Source of the DNA: Octopus sinensis
Lineage: Eukaryota
DNA: 64,000 nucleotides
Assembly: GCF_006345805.1 (NCBI RefSeq)
Contig: NC_042997.1
Coordinates: forward strand, 103,602,001 to 103,666,000
Direction: 5' to 3'
Made by a program: the position numbers and the translations under genes. Shown one piece after another: positions 12,688 to 26,668 of this stretch (position 1 is the first letter of the stretch; each line of letters opens with the position of its first letter). The notes under the pieces are model-generated. The model saw only the letters and a program-made list of their open reading frames with translations, did no database searches and was not told the origin of the DNA.

Positions 12688-12801
12688 ATCAGAATGAACA
12701 GTTAACATTCTATTTTATTTTATTTTATTATATTATATTATCTTATATCATTATAAGATTGTAAATAAAACGTGAAAATCAGACAAGGCTGGAATTCTTT
12801 A

Positions 12802-12855
<54 letters not shown>

Positions 12856-12894
12856 TAGTATATATATAATAATAGATAGATAGATACAGACAGA

Positions 12895-12944
<50 letters not shown>

Positions 12945-12964
12945 TATATTATATATAATATATT

Positions 12965-13003
<39 letters not shown>

Positions 13004-13040
13004 CTGAATATATATATATACATACACACACATATACATA

Positions 13041-13080
<40 letters not shown>

Positions 13081-13147
13081 CATATGTATACACAGAGAGA
13101 GACACATGTATATATATATATATATATAATATATATATAATATATAT

Positions 13148-13190
<43 letters not shown>

Positions 13191-13701
13191 ATATATATAA
13201 TGTTGGCACAGGAATTTGGAAAAAGTTTTTGACTTTATGTAACCAAATTAATTGATTCTCTGTTTAAAAAATTTCTAATAGGAATTTTTTTACACGTTTA
13301 TCCAACATCTTCAACTTTAATTCTTATGAGCAAATAAAACCGTACGTAGCGGTGATTAAATAGGAAAAAATGTCAAACTTCCCGTTTTGTGTCGCACACA
13401 TAAATATATACATTAAATTGTAGCTTTATCCACTTCAAGCAGGCAGTAACTATTTCGTTTTGCTGCTCACTGAGGATGTGTTAGTTTGTTTATAAGCTTT
13501 GCTCTTCTCACAAACATCTGCCGTAGCAACTAAGCCGGACTACTTAAAGGAAAGGACGAAATCGATAGATTTGTAGATTTACGCTAGGGATGAAACAGCT
13601 AGTCCCTGTGATGACTTGAACTTTCCAGTACCTGAAATAATCATGCACACACCCAACACAACTCAAACGCGTACAAATGCACACGTGTGTGCGTGCGTGC
13701 G

Positions 13702-13732
<31 letters not shown>

Positions 13733-14182
13733 TTTGTGTGTGTGTGCGCGTGTTATTGCGGGCATCGGATCGATTGGACAAGTGCTTACATGTTAGTGAA
13801 GACCTAAGCAATGATCATGAGGGTTATTAACCCGTTTAATCACAAAAATATATACATAACGTACTGATTATGCATTTGTCGCCCTACTCTCTCTGCATAC
13901 ATTCATACATATATACATACATGCATACATATATACATACATACATATACATACACACACGCACATATATATATACTATAAAACAAGAAGAAAAGTGACC
14001 AGTATTGTCCTGCGCCGACAACACTTGTGCCATTTTGTAAAATCGACAAAATGAGTACAGCATATGTCTGTCTGTGTGTATATATGTATGTATGTACGTA
14101 TCTATCTACGAAATGAGAAAGAGAGAGAAAGCGAGAGGAGAGAAAGATAGATAGAGATAGATAGATTGATAGATAGATAGAT

Positions 14183-14221
<39 letters not shown>

Positions 14222-14358
14222 ATACACACAACGACTGAAAAAGAAAAGACAAGTGCTGCGGTTGATTTGTTCAAATAAAGCCCTTTATGACGGTGCCCCA
14301 GTTTGGCCGCTGTCCTATGACTGAAACTAGTAAAAGACAAAGGATAAGATATACACAT

Positions 14359-14776
14359 GGCGCCGGCGAGGCAGCATGGTAAGAAGCTTGCTTCCTAACC
14401 ACATGGTTCCGGGTTCAGTCCTACTGCGTGGTACCTCGAGCAAATGTCTTCTACTGTAGCCTCGGGCCGCCCAAAGCCTTGTGAGTGGATTTGGTGGACG
14501 GAAACTGAAAGATGCCCGTATATATATTTATATTTATGTATGTGTGTGTGTGGGGGGGGTGTCTTTGTATCTGTTTGTTCCTCCACCACCGCTTGACAAC
14601 CGATGTTGGTATGTTTATGTCCCCGTAATTTAGCGATTCAGCAAAAGAGACCGATAGAATAAATACCAGATTTCAAAAAGAGTTACGGGGGTCGATTTAT
14701 TCGACTAAAACATTCAAGGTGGTGCCCCAGCATGGCCGCTACCTAATGACTGAAACAAATAAAGGATAAAAGATAA
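14359..14776 (+). mobile_element. SINE family A (a second 3' end lies at about 14255-14350)
   Basis: Head, body, microsatellite and tail match the family. Confidence 0.85.
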
Positions 14777-15018
14777 ATACACACGCACACACACACACAT
14801 ATGTATACGTATATTTTGCGATATAAAAGCTTTCAAAAAATGTCAGTTTGTGCTTTTATAGAAAGTCTGTATGATCTGCTCTATGTTTATTTATGAGTGA
14901 GATGAACAAGGATTATACCCAGGTCCAGTTTCTTTTGATCGACACCGTAGTAGATAAAGCAAAACAATGTATTGGGAGGAAGAATACATGGAAATGAAAT
15001 ACATGTTAGCGGGAGCGT

Positions 15019-15430
15019 CGGACGTTACGGCACGGCTGTTTTGGCACCGCCTAACTTGTCGCTGATTCGACGCTGACTTGCCTGACTTCAGACATTTTAA
15101 TGCTTCTCTCGTTTTAATGTACTTTCATTCTGTCCTCAGAATCTCTCTCTCTCTATCTCTCCCTCCCCCTCTCTCTCTCGCTGGTTTTATATCTGTAAGC
15201 ATATTTCTGTTTATGAAACTGTTTATATCAGTTGTGTTCAATTAATAAATCGTAATGTCTCTCTATCTGCATGGGCATATTTTTGCACCTATTTCTGTGT
15301 GTGTGTGTGCGTGCGTTTATGTATGTGTTTGCCTCCACTGCCAAAGTGTACTGTCGTCAAAACAAGTTCTATGTCCAGTCAGCTGCGTCAAAATGCCAGC
15401 GTCCAACAGCCGCACCTAATTGTCTCATTC
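15019..15430. mobile_element. Possible MITE with degenerate, internally repeated TIRs
   Basis: Left GACGTTACGGCACGGCTGTTTTGGCAC versus reverse complement of right GACAATTAGGTGCGGCTGTTGG. GC-rich ends around an AT/CT-rich core. Confidence 0.3.
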
Positions 15431-15714
15431 CAAGTTAGCGGTGTTAGAAACGTATGAATTTAAAAATGGTGACAGATACTTTGTACATTTACGCATTTCC
15501 AACGCTTCTCATCGAGGGTTATAGCGTTATGTCTTATCAATAGCGATGTTATTGTATAGCCACATTTTAAATCCTTCTTTCCAGAAGCAGAATTCTTCCC
15601 ATTTTTTTGTTTCCATTAAAAAAAAATATATATATATATTTCAAGGATGTAAATAGTTAACGTTCAATATTAGGATTTTAAAAAAAATAGCGTACAAAGA
15701 TCCTTCCTGTTTCA

Positions 15715-15950
15715 TATAGACTCATGAGACCGGTTTCTTGGTTTCCGTGGCGCATATATTCCCCACCTGGAGAGGACGCCAGTCCGTCACAGGATTACTC
15801 ATTTTTGACAGCTGAGTGAAGTAGAGCAAAATGACAGCTGAGCGAAGTAGAGCTTTGCTCAAGAACACAATGCATCGCCCGGCCGAGGAATCGAAACCAT
15901 AATCTTACGATCACGAGTCCAGCGCACTTAACCTCTAAGTCACATGCTTC
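15715..15950 (-). mobile_element. SINE with family-B head/core and family-D type-3 tail
   Basis: Core CTTGAGCAAAGC...CACTCAGCTGTCAAAAATGAGTAA followed by GACGGACTGGCGTCCTCTCCAGGTGGGG...GAAACCAAGAAACCGG, the same tail as 56745-56860. Confidence 0.7.
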
Positions 15951-16489
15951 TATATAATGCTCAATATTAAGCCTTAAAAATATAATAGATTCACTATAGA
16001 ACTGTTTTGCAAGGTAATGCGAAATAATCATTAACTGATGCAAAATGTAAGTATTCGTAATAGAAATATAAGAATAAGTAAATGAAAGTGTTATGATTCA
16101 TAAAAAGTATTCAATTGCACATCTCATATATTTGCTTCGGATTGATGATTAATAATTTGTGAATGTAAATTGATTGACGGAATCTGTAAGTTGGATCTTT
16201 ACACCGCTGTAGTTTCAGAATAAAAAGAAAAGAAAAGAAAAATTACTGGAGGATTGCTCAAAGTCGATTAAATGCTTCAGTGCTGAAGATACTTATGTAT
16301 TGCAAATGTGTATTTAAATCAGACAATCTCTGCTTTAAATGCATTCAATGAAGATATTATCGCTCATATACCCAGCCGTTGAAACCTAATAAAAATATTC
16401 TGAAATTCACTTCATATCTTAAAAAAAAGTGCGAGGAGAGGTGGTTGCGAGGAGCATAGCTGTTTTCTAAATTGGCGTTTAAAGTATTT

Positions 16490-16891
16490 TTAGGGGTGGA
16501 GTAAGATGATATAATCTACCCCAGTGATCAACTTGTACTTATTTTATGGATCTCGAAAGTATGAAAGGCAAAAACAGCCTCGGTGACATTTGAACTCAGA
16601 AGAAGCATTTGCCCAGCTCGCTAACGAATTCTGCCAGTCAACCGCCTTTGAATAAATCAAAATACTGCTTTCAAATTTTGGCACGTGGCCAGCAATTTCA
16701 GGGTTGTGGTGGTAGTAAGTCGCTTATATCCATTCCCTTGTTCGACTGATACGATACTTATTTTTATCGACCCCAGTAGGATGAAACGAAAAGTCGGCTT
16801 CGACGGGATTTGAACTTAGAACATAAACTCGGAAGGAATGAGTGATAGCATTTTGCCCGGCCCACTAACGATTCTGCCAGCTCGCCGCCTT
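16490..16891 (-). mobile_element. Two diverged SINE family C copies in tandem
   Basis: Each shows the reverse complement of GGCGGCGAGCTGGCAGAA...TCTGAGTTCAAA...GCCTTTCAT...AAGTACCAGT. Confidence 0.7.
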
Positions 16892-18043
16892 AAGAGTGAT
16901 ACATATTAAGCGTTATATTTCCTTGCACATTATTCGTGAACAATCATTATCAATGTGGTAAACTACTCATTGTAATGTTTACATTCACGTTAATCTCCCT
17001 TTCTATCTCAGAGCCGTGTAAATGTCACTCTGCACTGTAAAATTAGCTTTCGTTTATTTCAAGTTTATATTCCAGGTGTCAGAATATTATGTATTATATT
17101 TTCTAACACCTTATCTCTTAATCATAATCACTGTGGCAAATATTCCTTGAAATGTTTGCATCTATGTTAATCTAACTTACTGACTATCTTAAACCGGTGT
17201 CAAGTGTCATTCTACGCTGTAGATTAGGCTTGGTTTATTCCAGGTTTTTATCATTATCTATCCAAGCAACTCAAGTTATTTTATACTATCATGATATAAA
17301 AACGATAGCTATCACCAACAAAAATCTACCATTATCACCCACCACCTGCTAAGTCTGTAACTAATATCACTACTTGCATCCCCAGCAATAACAATATGAA
17401 AATCAATAGATAGATTTGATTACGCACTAGTCTTTAATAATATTCAACAGTAGGAGGACATAATCGGTAATGATTTTCTCCTTCACTTAATACAATGTTC
17501 ACTAAGAGCCAGCGGACTTATTATAGTTTAATTAGTATATTTAATACTAACTGACTCTATCAATTGTAAATACAAGTAGCCTTTCAAGTGGTGACTAAAT
17601 CAACTGCCAGCGATACATTCATTGTGTAACTATATCGATATTTGTGGTTCATCCTTTCACTGCTTACATAAACGCGCGCACAGAGACACAAAGACAACGT
17701 GGGCACGTTTGCACATAAACACACGCATACACACACACACGCGTGCATTCACACATGCACGCACTCACACACACACACACACACACACAATCGTAGGCGT
17801 ACCTACACATACAGATATATAGACAAACCAGTATAGACATAGAGGCGTAAAAAAAACCATATAAGCTTAGTCAAATGCGTACACATTAATCATCTCTCTC
17901 TCTCTCTTTCTCTCTCTCTCCCTCTCTCTCTCTCGCTTTATGTTTGTCTATCTGCCTCTCATCCTCTCCCTTTCGCACAGCACGATTTTAAATTGGCTAT
18001 CCATTGTTCATACATCAAAATATATAAATATGTTGATGTATAT

Positions 18044-18120
<77 letters not shown>

Positions 18121-18127
18121 TATATAT

Positions 18128-18202
<75 letters not shown>

Positions 18203-18216
18203 TATATATATGTGGT

Positions 18217-18530
18217 GAAGGCGCATGGCTCAGGGGTTAGAGTGTCGAGCTTACGATCTTGAGGTTGTGAGTTCAATTCCCGAATCGGGCTGCGTGAAGA
18301 CACTTTATTTCACGTTGCTCCAGTTCACTCAGCTGTAGAAATGAGTTGTGACGTCACGAGTGCCAAGCTGTATCGACCTTTGCCTTTACCGGGGATAACA
18401 CTGGAGGCGTGGAGACAGAGGAGGCCGGTATGCATGGATGAGTGTGGACTTCTACAAACAACCTTGCCGGGACTTGTGCCTCAGAGGGTAACTTTCTAGG
18501 TGCAATCCGATGTTCATTCATAACTGAATG
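18217..18530 (+). mobile_element. SINE family B
   Basis: GAAGGCGCATGGCTCAGGGGTTAGAG head, Nin-like core, and a tail like that at 10323. Confidence 0.85.
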
Positions 18531-18534
18531 TTTT

Positions 18535-19092
18535 TCTCCCCTTCGTATGTGTATATAAGGACACAGGATAAAATGTGTCGAAGCTGTCAGGAGGCGTTCG
18601 ATGCCTCCTAGGGCTATATAACGGTGGTGTACCCCCTACTGTCACGTTCTTGTTAGATTGACAGTATACAACCATTATATCGCTCCACCACCGTACACCT
18701 CTCTACGAGAGATTTAGAAACTCAATATTTATTATTTTGATAATCAGTGAATAGACTTCACTGACTATAGATATATACAGATACGAAGTCGAGACAGACA
18801 TCGCCAGCTGACCGGTGTCTGCTACTCTAGGCCGATGAAGGACAATGATCCTGAACACGGTGTCCCTAGATGCAGTTCCGGCAGTGGGGGTGTTTGTCTC
18901 CCCTTCGTATGTGTATATAAGGACACAGGATAAAATGTGTCGAAGCTTTCAGGAGGCGTTCGATGCCTCCTAGGGCTATATAACGGTGGTGTACCCCCTA
19001 CTGTCACGTTCTTGTTAGATTGACAGTATACAACCATTATATCGCTCCACCACCGTACACCTCTCTACGAGAGATTTAGAAACTCAATATTT
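18535..19092 (+). repeat. 1.5-copy tandem of a 362-bp unit (196-bp direct repeats, 1 mismatch)
   Basis: 18535-18730 equals 18897-19092 except one G/T. The 166-bp spacer contains the hammerhead fold. Followed by (TA)n. Confidence 0.95.
18826..18870 (+). ncRNA. Type-I hammerhead ribozyme with two core lesions
   Basis: TCTAGG CCGATGA AGGA CAATGA TCCT GAA CACGGT GTC CCTAGA. Stem I 6 bp perfect, stem II 4 bp, GUC triplet. U4>C and one A of GAAA is missing. Confidence 0.6.
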
Positions 19093-19168
<76 letters not shown>

Positions 19169-19281
19169 ATATATGAATATGGGAACATGAACAGCTACTT
19201 ACTAGGTGTTTATATATATACATGCACATCTACATATGCACACACGTATATGTATATGTACATGTATATATTTATAAATGT

Positions 19282-19328
<47 letters not shown>

Positions 19329-19587
19329 GAGTGTGTGTGTGTGTGTGTGTGAATACAATATATATGAATATTTTTATTAGCGAAGGAGGCAGTATTAGTA
19401 TCGAAAATCAATCAGTATATCTTATTCAATGTAACTATACTAACAGAAACCCACAATACTGCGATATTCCTCTTGAGAAGACATCTCAGGTGTCGATACA
19501 AGATGTCTTCTGAAGGAATATACCTCGGTATGGTGGCTTTCTGTTATTGTATCCACGTTAAGTATGATGTTCAGATTGCTTATGTAC

Positions 19588-19618
<31 letters not shown>

Positions 19619-19656
19619 TGTATGTATGTATGTATGCATATGTGCATGTGTGTGTG

Positions 19657-20233
19657 TTTTATCTCTCACAGTCCTTAGACTGTGGCCATGCTGGGTTATT
19701 GCCTTGAAGAATTTTTTTTTCAATGGAATTGACCTTAGTACTTATGGTTTTAGAGACTGATACTTATCCTATAGGGTTTTTTTGCCGAACCGTTAAGTTA
19801 TAGGGACATGAAAACATCAACACCGGTTGTCAAGCGGTGTTGGTGGAAACACAGGCAGAAAGACAAACACATACACACATGCACACATATACACACACAC
19901 AAAAACACACAAATACACTCACACACACTCATATATAAATATATATCAAAAGATGTGTTATAACACTATTCCACATATACAAAAACAGCAATACTAACAA
20001 TCCAATGTACCTCATCATCAGCTGCCCCACGAATATCATGGTTCCGCCATTTATATATATACGTGTGTGTTTGTGTGTGTGCGCGCGTGACAGGCTTCTT
20101 TCAGTTTCCGTCAACCTAATTCACACTTTGGTCTGCCAAAAGCTAAAGTAGAAGATATCTACCCAAAGCGTCACGCAGCGGGGTTGAGCTCGAACCACGT
20201 GGCTGGGAAGCAAACCTTTTACTACGCCCGCGC
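19657..20233 (-). mobile_element. SINE family A, diverged, expanded internal region
   Basis: Tail, body and head recognisable on the minus strand. Confidence 0.75.
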
Positions 20234-20609
20234 ACACAGTTATACACTCACACAGACACACACATTTAAGGTTTAAAATAACTAACAATGCCATAGCTAC
20301 CTTTTGGGTTATATATTTGCAAATACTTCTTCCTACATAGTTTCAAAAAATGTAGTAGTAAGCGCCAAAAGCCTGCAACTAACCATAAAGAGGTTGTGGG
20401 GCATAAAATTTCATTACTGGATGTAAATACTATTCACCCATTGCAAGAGAGAACAATAACTTAAGGGTTCTGCTATTTCTTGCTGTCTAACTACACACTT
20501 GATTTGTTTATAGCGATCAAATGTTTATGTATATATAAGCTCACCCTCTCCATCAAATCGACATTACCTGTACAGGTGCACGATATTCCATTTGTTAAAT
20601 GACAAAATA

Positions 20610-20730
20610 ATCGCAGAGTAACATAAAATGAAGTGTTTAGCCCCAAAACACAACACAACGCCCAGTCTGGGAATCGAAACCTCGATCTCGCAGTCGTAAG
20701 TGCAATGCCCTAACCACAAAGCCATGCGCC
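20610..20730 (-). mobile_element. SINE head/core fragment (B/D-like)
   Basis: Reverse complement GGCGCATGGCTTTGTGGTTAGGGC...TTCGATTCCCAGACTGGGCGTTGTG. Confidence 0.65.
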
Positions 20731-20771
20731 ATGTACACACACACCGCGCACGTACACACATGTATATATGC

Positions 20772-20922
<151 letters not shown>

Positions 20923-21018
20923 TCAATATAGGGTGGCAAAAAAATTTTGTAGAATTTTTTGCCACCAGCGGCCTAGTGGGAAAAAATTAAATAGTCATAG
21001 ACCATTTATAAGTTCAAC

Positions 21019-21251
21019 ATCATAATCAAGGAACGGCCATAATAGGCCATTCACCCACTAGAAATAACAGCCAAAGCTTCACCCGCAAAATAACATTATT
21101 CCGCAAACCAGGAGAAAATTAAAAAATTACAGGGTAAATGTTTTTTTTTATTTTCTCTTGGTTTGCGGAATTAATGTTATTTTGCGGTTGAAGCTTTGGC
21201 TGTTATTTCTAGTGGGTGAATGGCCTATTATGGCCGTTCCTTGATTATGAT
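21019..21251. repeat. Fold-back inverted repeat, arms about 108 bp
   Basis: ATCATAATCAAGGAACGGCC... pairs with ...GGCCGTTCCTTGATTATGAT. About 4 differences, 14-nt loop, (TA)n on the right. Confidence 0.95.
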
Positions 21252-21323
21252 ATATATATATATATATATATAATATATATATATATCATATATATATATA
21301 TATTATATACATATATATATATG

Positions 21324-21431
<108 letters not shown>

Positions 21432-22013
21432 ATATATATATATATATCTATATTATATATATATAGTATATATATACAGACACAAAGACACATATCTTGT
21501 TTTGTCTCTAGGTCATACTGTTTAATGTTTCGTAGGTGCAGAACGCGCCAAATCCTTCATTCTAAACATCTGCGCCTACGAAACCTTATGTGATGTTGAG
21601 CTGAGTCAACCTGTTATTAAATACTTACAACTTCAAATACATATGTCCAGCTGTGCATTTTTTATTTGTATGTTAGCCTACACATACGATCACACTCACA
21701 TAACACATACACACACTCTTACGCGTAAAGACATACTATACATATGAATATATGTTTGTACCAAACTTAGAAAACGTACGACTGGAAGCTGGATTAATAA
21801 TTGCTCAGTATCGATTTTCTAACAAAGAGGGAGTATATAGAGCTAGTTTCTGTCAGTATCGAAATGATATTTAAAGGATTTTTCTCATATTGTCTCATTG
21901 TCTCCCAAACTTTTCTATCAACATTATTTTTTTTATTGTACGAACTTACGTATGAATGTATGTCTGACTGTCTGTCTATCTCTCTCTCTCTCACTCTCTC
22001 TCTCTATACACAC

Positions 22014-22045
<32 letters not shown>

Positions 22046-22136
22046 ACTATTATGTTTATGTATGATTATAGACACAAATACATAAATAGATGCACATACA
22101 CACAAACACGCAGACACACTCACATACATATATATG

Positions 22137-22182
<46 letters not shown>

Positions 22183-22229
22183 TATACACACTCGTATATG
22201 TACATACACACATATATATATATACACAC

Positions 22230-22288
<59 letters not shown>

Positions 22289-22592
22289 ATATATATATAT
22301 ATACATACACACACATATGCTTGTATGCACGGTTGAGTGCTTGTATGTATTTGTATAGCTATGTATAGTGGGAGTATATGTGCACGCAGTGTATGTACAT
22401 ATGCGCGTGCGTGTGTTTTGTTCGTTCCGGTTCATTTTGGTCGCGCTTCATTGTTTCATTTGATTCATTCATTTTGCGATTATAGTTTCTTTGTTGCGGC
22501 AACTGAATTGTAAAGTTTGTAAATATATGAATAATATTTGAGATAAGAAAAATCTAATATACACATTACATACATGCATTTATATATATATA

Positions 22593-22643
<51 letters not shown>

Positions 22644-23028
22644 GGGTGTATATATATATATGTGTATATATGCATATATATTTATGCATATATGTATGCA
22701 TAAATGTATTATGTTTTGTGACTGCTGGATCCGTGCGTGTCAATATTTATTTCCAGTGGTGGGTGGAGCTAGTGAATGAAGAAAAGGAATAAGAAAGTAA
22801 GGGTAAGTAGAACTGAGTTGTTTTGCATGTAAATGTATGGAAATGTGTGTTGGTAAACCGGATTGTTTCCCAATACCCACACTGACTATATATATATAAT
22901 AATAATAATAATATTAAGGAGTATGGCTCCAAACTTACAGGGAAAAATTAGATTTAGGATTAAATCAAATTTCACAGTATAAATATATAAAATATATAAA
23001 ATAGTGGTTTTATATCTAATTCATATTT

Positions 23029-23129
<101 letters not shown>

Positions 23130-23402
23130 ATGTATATATATATATATTATATATATATTATATATATATATATATAATATATATATATATAATATATAAT
23201 ATATATATAATATATATATATATATTATATATATATATTATATATATATATATATAATATATATATGGCACCGTGAAAATGTTTAAGCTATTGTAAATTT
23301 CTAGTAATTGCCAACTTATAAGTGGATGTTTCAAATTGCGTTTTTTACAAATGAAATATTGGCCATATTGCAGTCATTCCCATATCTAATCCCTATATTT
23401 GG

Positions 23403-24555
23403 TAGTAGGGGTTCTGAAAGAAAGAGGAAGATGCGAGACGACTACTAAAAATGGCTCTGCATAACTTTTCAGCCACCTCACAAAAATCAATTAAGATACA
23501 GTATTTTGAAACAGAAAAATATCTATAATGAAAATTTATTACATAATGTTCATTTCAAGAAGTTAATGAACATTGTTAATATTTCGCGTTGCTTCCCTTA
23601 GCTTAAATAATTGCTTGAATGTACCTGGGAAGAGATGCATACAAATTCTTCAGCAGGTAGGAGATGCTATTCGTTGTGGCTGAGATCTCACAACTCTTTA
23701 AGATTGATTGGTTTCTTCTGATGAACTCTTCTCTTTTGTTCTGTCCACATTTGCTCGATGATATTTAAGTCATGGCATTGAGCTGGCTAGTCTTTCAATG
23801 CGTTAACACCTTCATCAGCCAGACTTTGTTGTGTTGCACACGATCTGTAGCATTGAACTCCATCAGACTCTTACACCCAAACTTCACTGTTTTCTAATAA
23901 GCAATAATTTGTCAGAGGCCTCCACGAAAGCGAAATGACTCCCGTTACATGAAGAAAACAATGAAGTTTCGGGGTAAGAGTCTGATACTTTGGAAGTACA
24001 TAAAAATTGATGGTTCAAGAAAGTTGATTAAAGTTGACCGTAACTTGAATAGTGCCAAATACATCCAGTTACTGAAGGACAATTTAATACCAGACTTGGA
24101 TGAAGGTGAGGTTATTCAGCATGTCGGAGATCCATGTCACAGATCACATGCAACACAACAGTCTGGCTGACGAAGGTGTTACTGTATTGAAAGATTGGCC
24201 AGCTCAGAGCCCTGACTTAAATATCATCGAGCAAATGTGGCCAGAACTAAAGGGAAGTGTTCATCACAAGAAACCACGCAATCTTGAGGATGGTGAGGAT
24301 GGTGAAGAATTTGTACGCATCTGTTCCCAGGCGCATTGAAGCAATTATTCAAGCTAAGGGAAGCCATACGAAATATTAACAATGTACATTAACTTCTTGA
24401 AATTAACATTATGTAATAAATTTTCATTGTAGACATTTTTCTGTTTTAAAACACTGTATCTTGATTAGTTTATGTGAGGTGGCTGAAAAGTTATGCACAG
24501 CTATTTTTTTGGTGGTCGTCTCGCATCTTCTCCCTCTCATTCAGAACCCTTACTA
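23403..24555. mobile_element. Tc1 fold-back made of two transposase 3' ends
   Basis: Plus 23950-24378 encodes [17 protein letters not shown]...AIIQAKGSHTKY*. 23403-23865 is the diverged reverse complement of 24115-24555. Termini TAGTA(G/A)GGGTTCTGA. Confidence 0.85.
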
Positions 24556-25094
24556 TAGAATGTAATAATTACCCCTTCTCTCCACAATAGTATTCATAGA
24601 TTTTTACCCCTAACCATAGATAACCTTAATTAGTTTATACCCGCCATTGTTACAAGTCAGCATTTAACTAACTTGAAAGAGATACACTAATCTCCCCCCC
24701 CCAATCAAATAATTTACTTTTAGCACTTTCCACCGCACAAAAATAAACACTCTTCTTACATAACATAACCACTTTTTACTCTAATATATCTACGTCCTTA
24801 TTTTTCTTTCTATAACGATATATAGGTAAGTGTATATGTGTATATGTGTATGCATCTGTATCTATATGGCTGTTTGTGTATATGTAAATATACATCAATG
24901 TATGCATATAGATGTACAAGTGTCGATATGCGTGCTCGTATGTGTGCTTGAGCATGGTGTACCTACCTATGAACGTATATAAATAGCAATTTTTCTAGGT
25001 TTTATCCTGTTTCATTTTACCACTCCCTCTTTTATGATAACTGAAAAACTATATAAACCATTTTACTTTATTATTATTTACATAAAAATATATA

Positions 25095-25341
25095 TCTATT
25101 ATATAACATCTGTTCCGTCTGTCTGTGTGTGTGTCTTCTAGGATATCGGGCATCCTCCATCCGATTGTGCTCAAATTTGATATGTATATACCGACGGTAT
25201 CAGGGCGTGTATAAGTCTTGAAAAAATTACAAAAATTGATTCCAGGTGAGAATGCGATCGATAAAGCCGTTGGAACGTGCATTTGTAAAATCGTTTTTCT
25301 TGGACTAGAAAAAAGTCTATCTTTATTTCTTCTTTTGCTAG
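25095..25341 (+). mobile_element. Non-autonomous Helitron-like (DINE/HINE-type) element
   Basis: A|TCTATTATATAA start, CTGTTCCGTCTGTCTGTG and CCGATTGTGCTCAAATTTG motifs, ends ...CTAG|T. No subterminal hairpin seen. Confidence 0.5.
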
Positions 25342-26530
25342 TGTCTCAAATTTAGGTTAAATCAGTGTTTCTCAAAGGGGAGGCCTATGGGACGGTCGGA
25401 CAAGTTGTTTTGAGAAAATTTGGCTTAAATGTTTGACAACTCAGCACCATCCATTGGACGGGGGACATTTTGCTCGTGATATATAAAACAGTTCCTATTG
25501 TAGCTACATAGGCATGGATGTAGATATAGCCCGCCAACCAATACAAACATATTATATAATATAACACATAAATAATACTTGTTAAATCTTCTTAACCACT
25601 TGAGAAATACATACATAAGCTTACTTATTACTTGAAAAATCCATAATTATCTCTCCTTAACCATAAATCATCCCTTTGTTTTCTACTATATATGTATAGT
25701 TTTAACCTGCATTGATATAAGCTTCTTCAATACCCCTTACAATAAATATTCCTTATTTACTTATTTCCGCTCTGTCGATTAACGTTTTTTTTTTTACTTA
25801 AAATGACCATCCTTTTGTTTTTGAAATTAACTGACCAATAGTCTCCTCTTACCTGGCCAAACCCTTCCTACTTCAAAATTGGAGTAGTACAGCATGTTTT
25901 CCACCTAGAATATAAAATAACCATATATAAAATTACTGATATTTTCGGTAATAATCTTGATTTATGTTATCTAGATGTATCGGGCAGTAAATCGCGCTAA
26001 TTTTTATAATCAATGTTTTGTAGAATTGTACAAGTCTCCCATTCTCACGTGCGCAAAACAGAAATATTCTGCCTCCCACTTTAATTAATTTATTTTTACG
26101 GTTTTTTTAATGCTCATAATATAATTTAATTATGCTAATCGATTAGGAAATTACCGATAAATAAAATATGGCTAACTATTATCATTTTAAGTTCTGTAAC
26201 TCCCTGTATTTTTACTTTTTACTTTTAAATACTCCAACAGTTAATATATATTCAACATACGCCGTTAGATGCCCCCCCCCCATACATAGGCATGTATCAC
26301 TAATTATTATAACTATTTTAATTGTATAACTAAATTTTTCAGTCGGTCGAAATGTTTTCAGAGGGATAGCATAAATTGGTATATCCGTAGTTTCTATTTT
26401 TCTCTTTCTTTTTCTTTTCTTTTTCTTTCTTTTTCCGCTCTAATGAATTTCCACTATTTAAGTTGGTATAATTATTTACACTCATAATTATTATTATTGT
26501 AATAATTAAGCCTGATTATGCTCACCTATC

Positions 26531-26593
<63 letters not shown>

Positions 26594-26594
26594 G

Positions 26595-26668
<74 letters not shown>

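Noticed and set aside
16283-16310. CTGAAGA hits here and at about 23718, 28177, 40697, 45616 and 46205
   Set aside because: None has a stem II closed before GAAA or a stem I.
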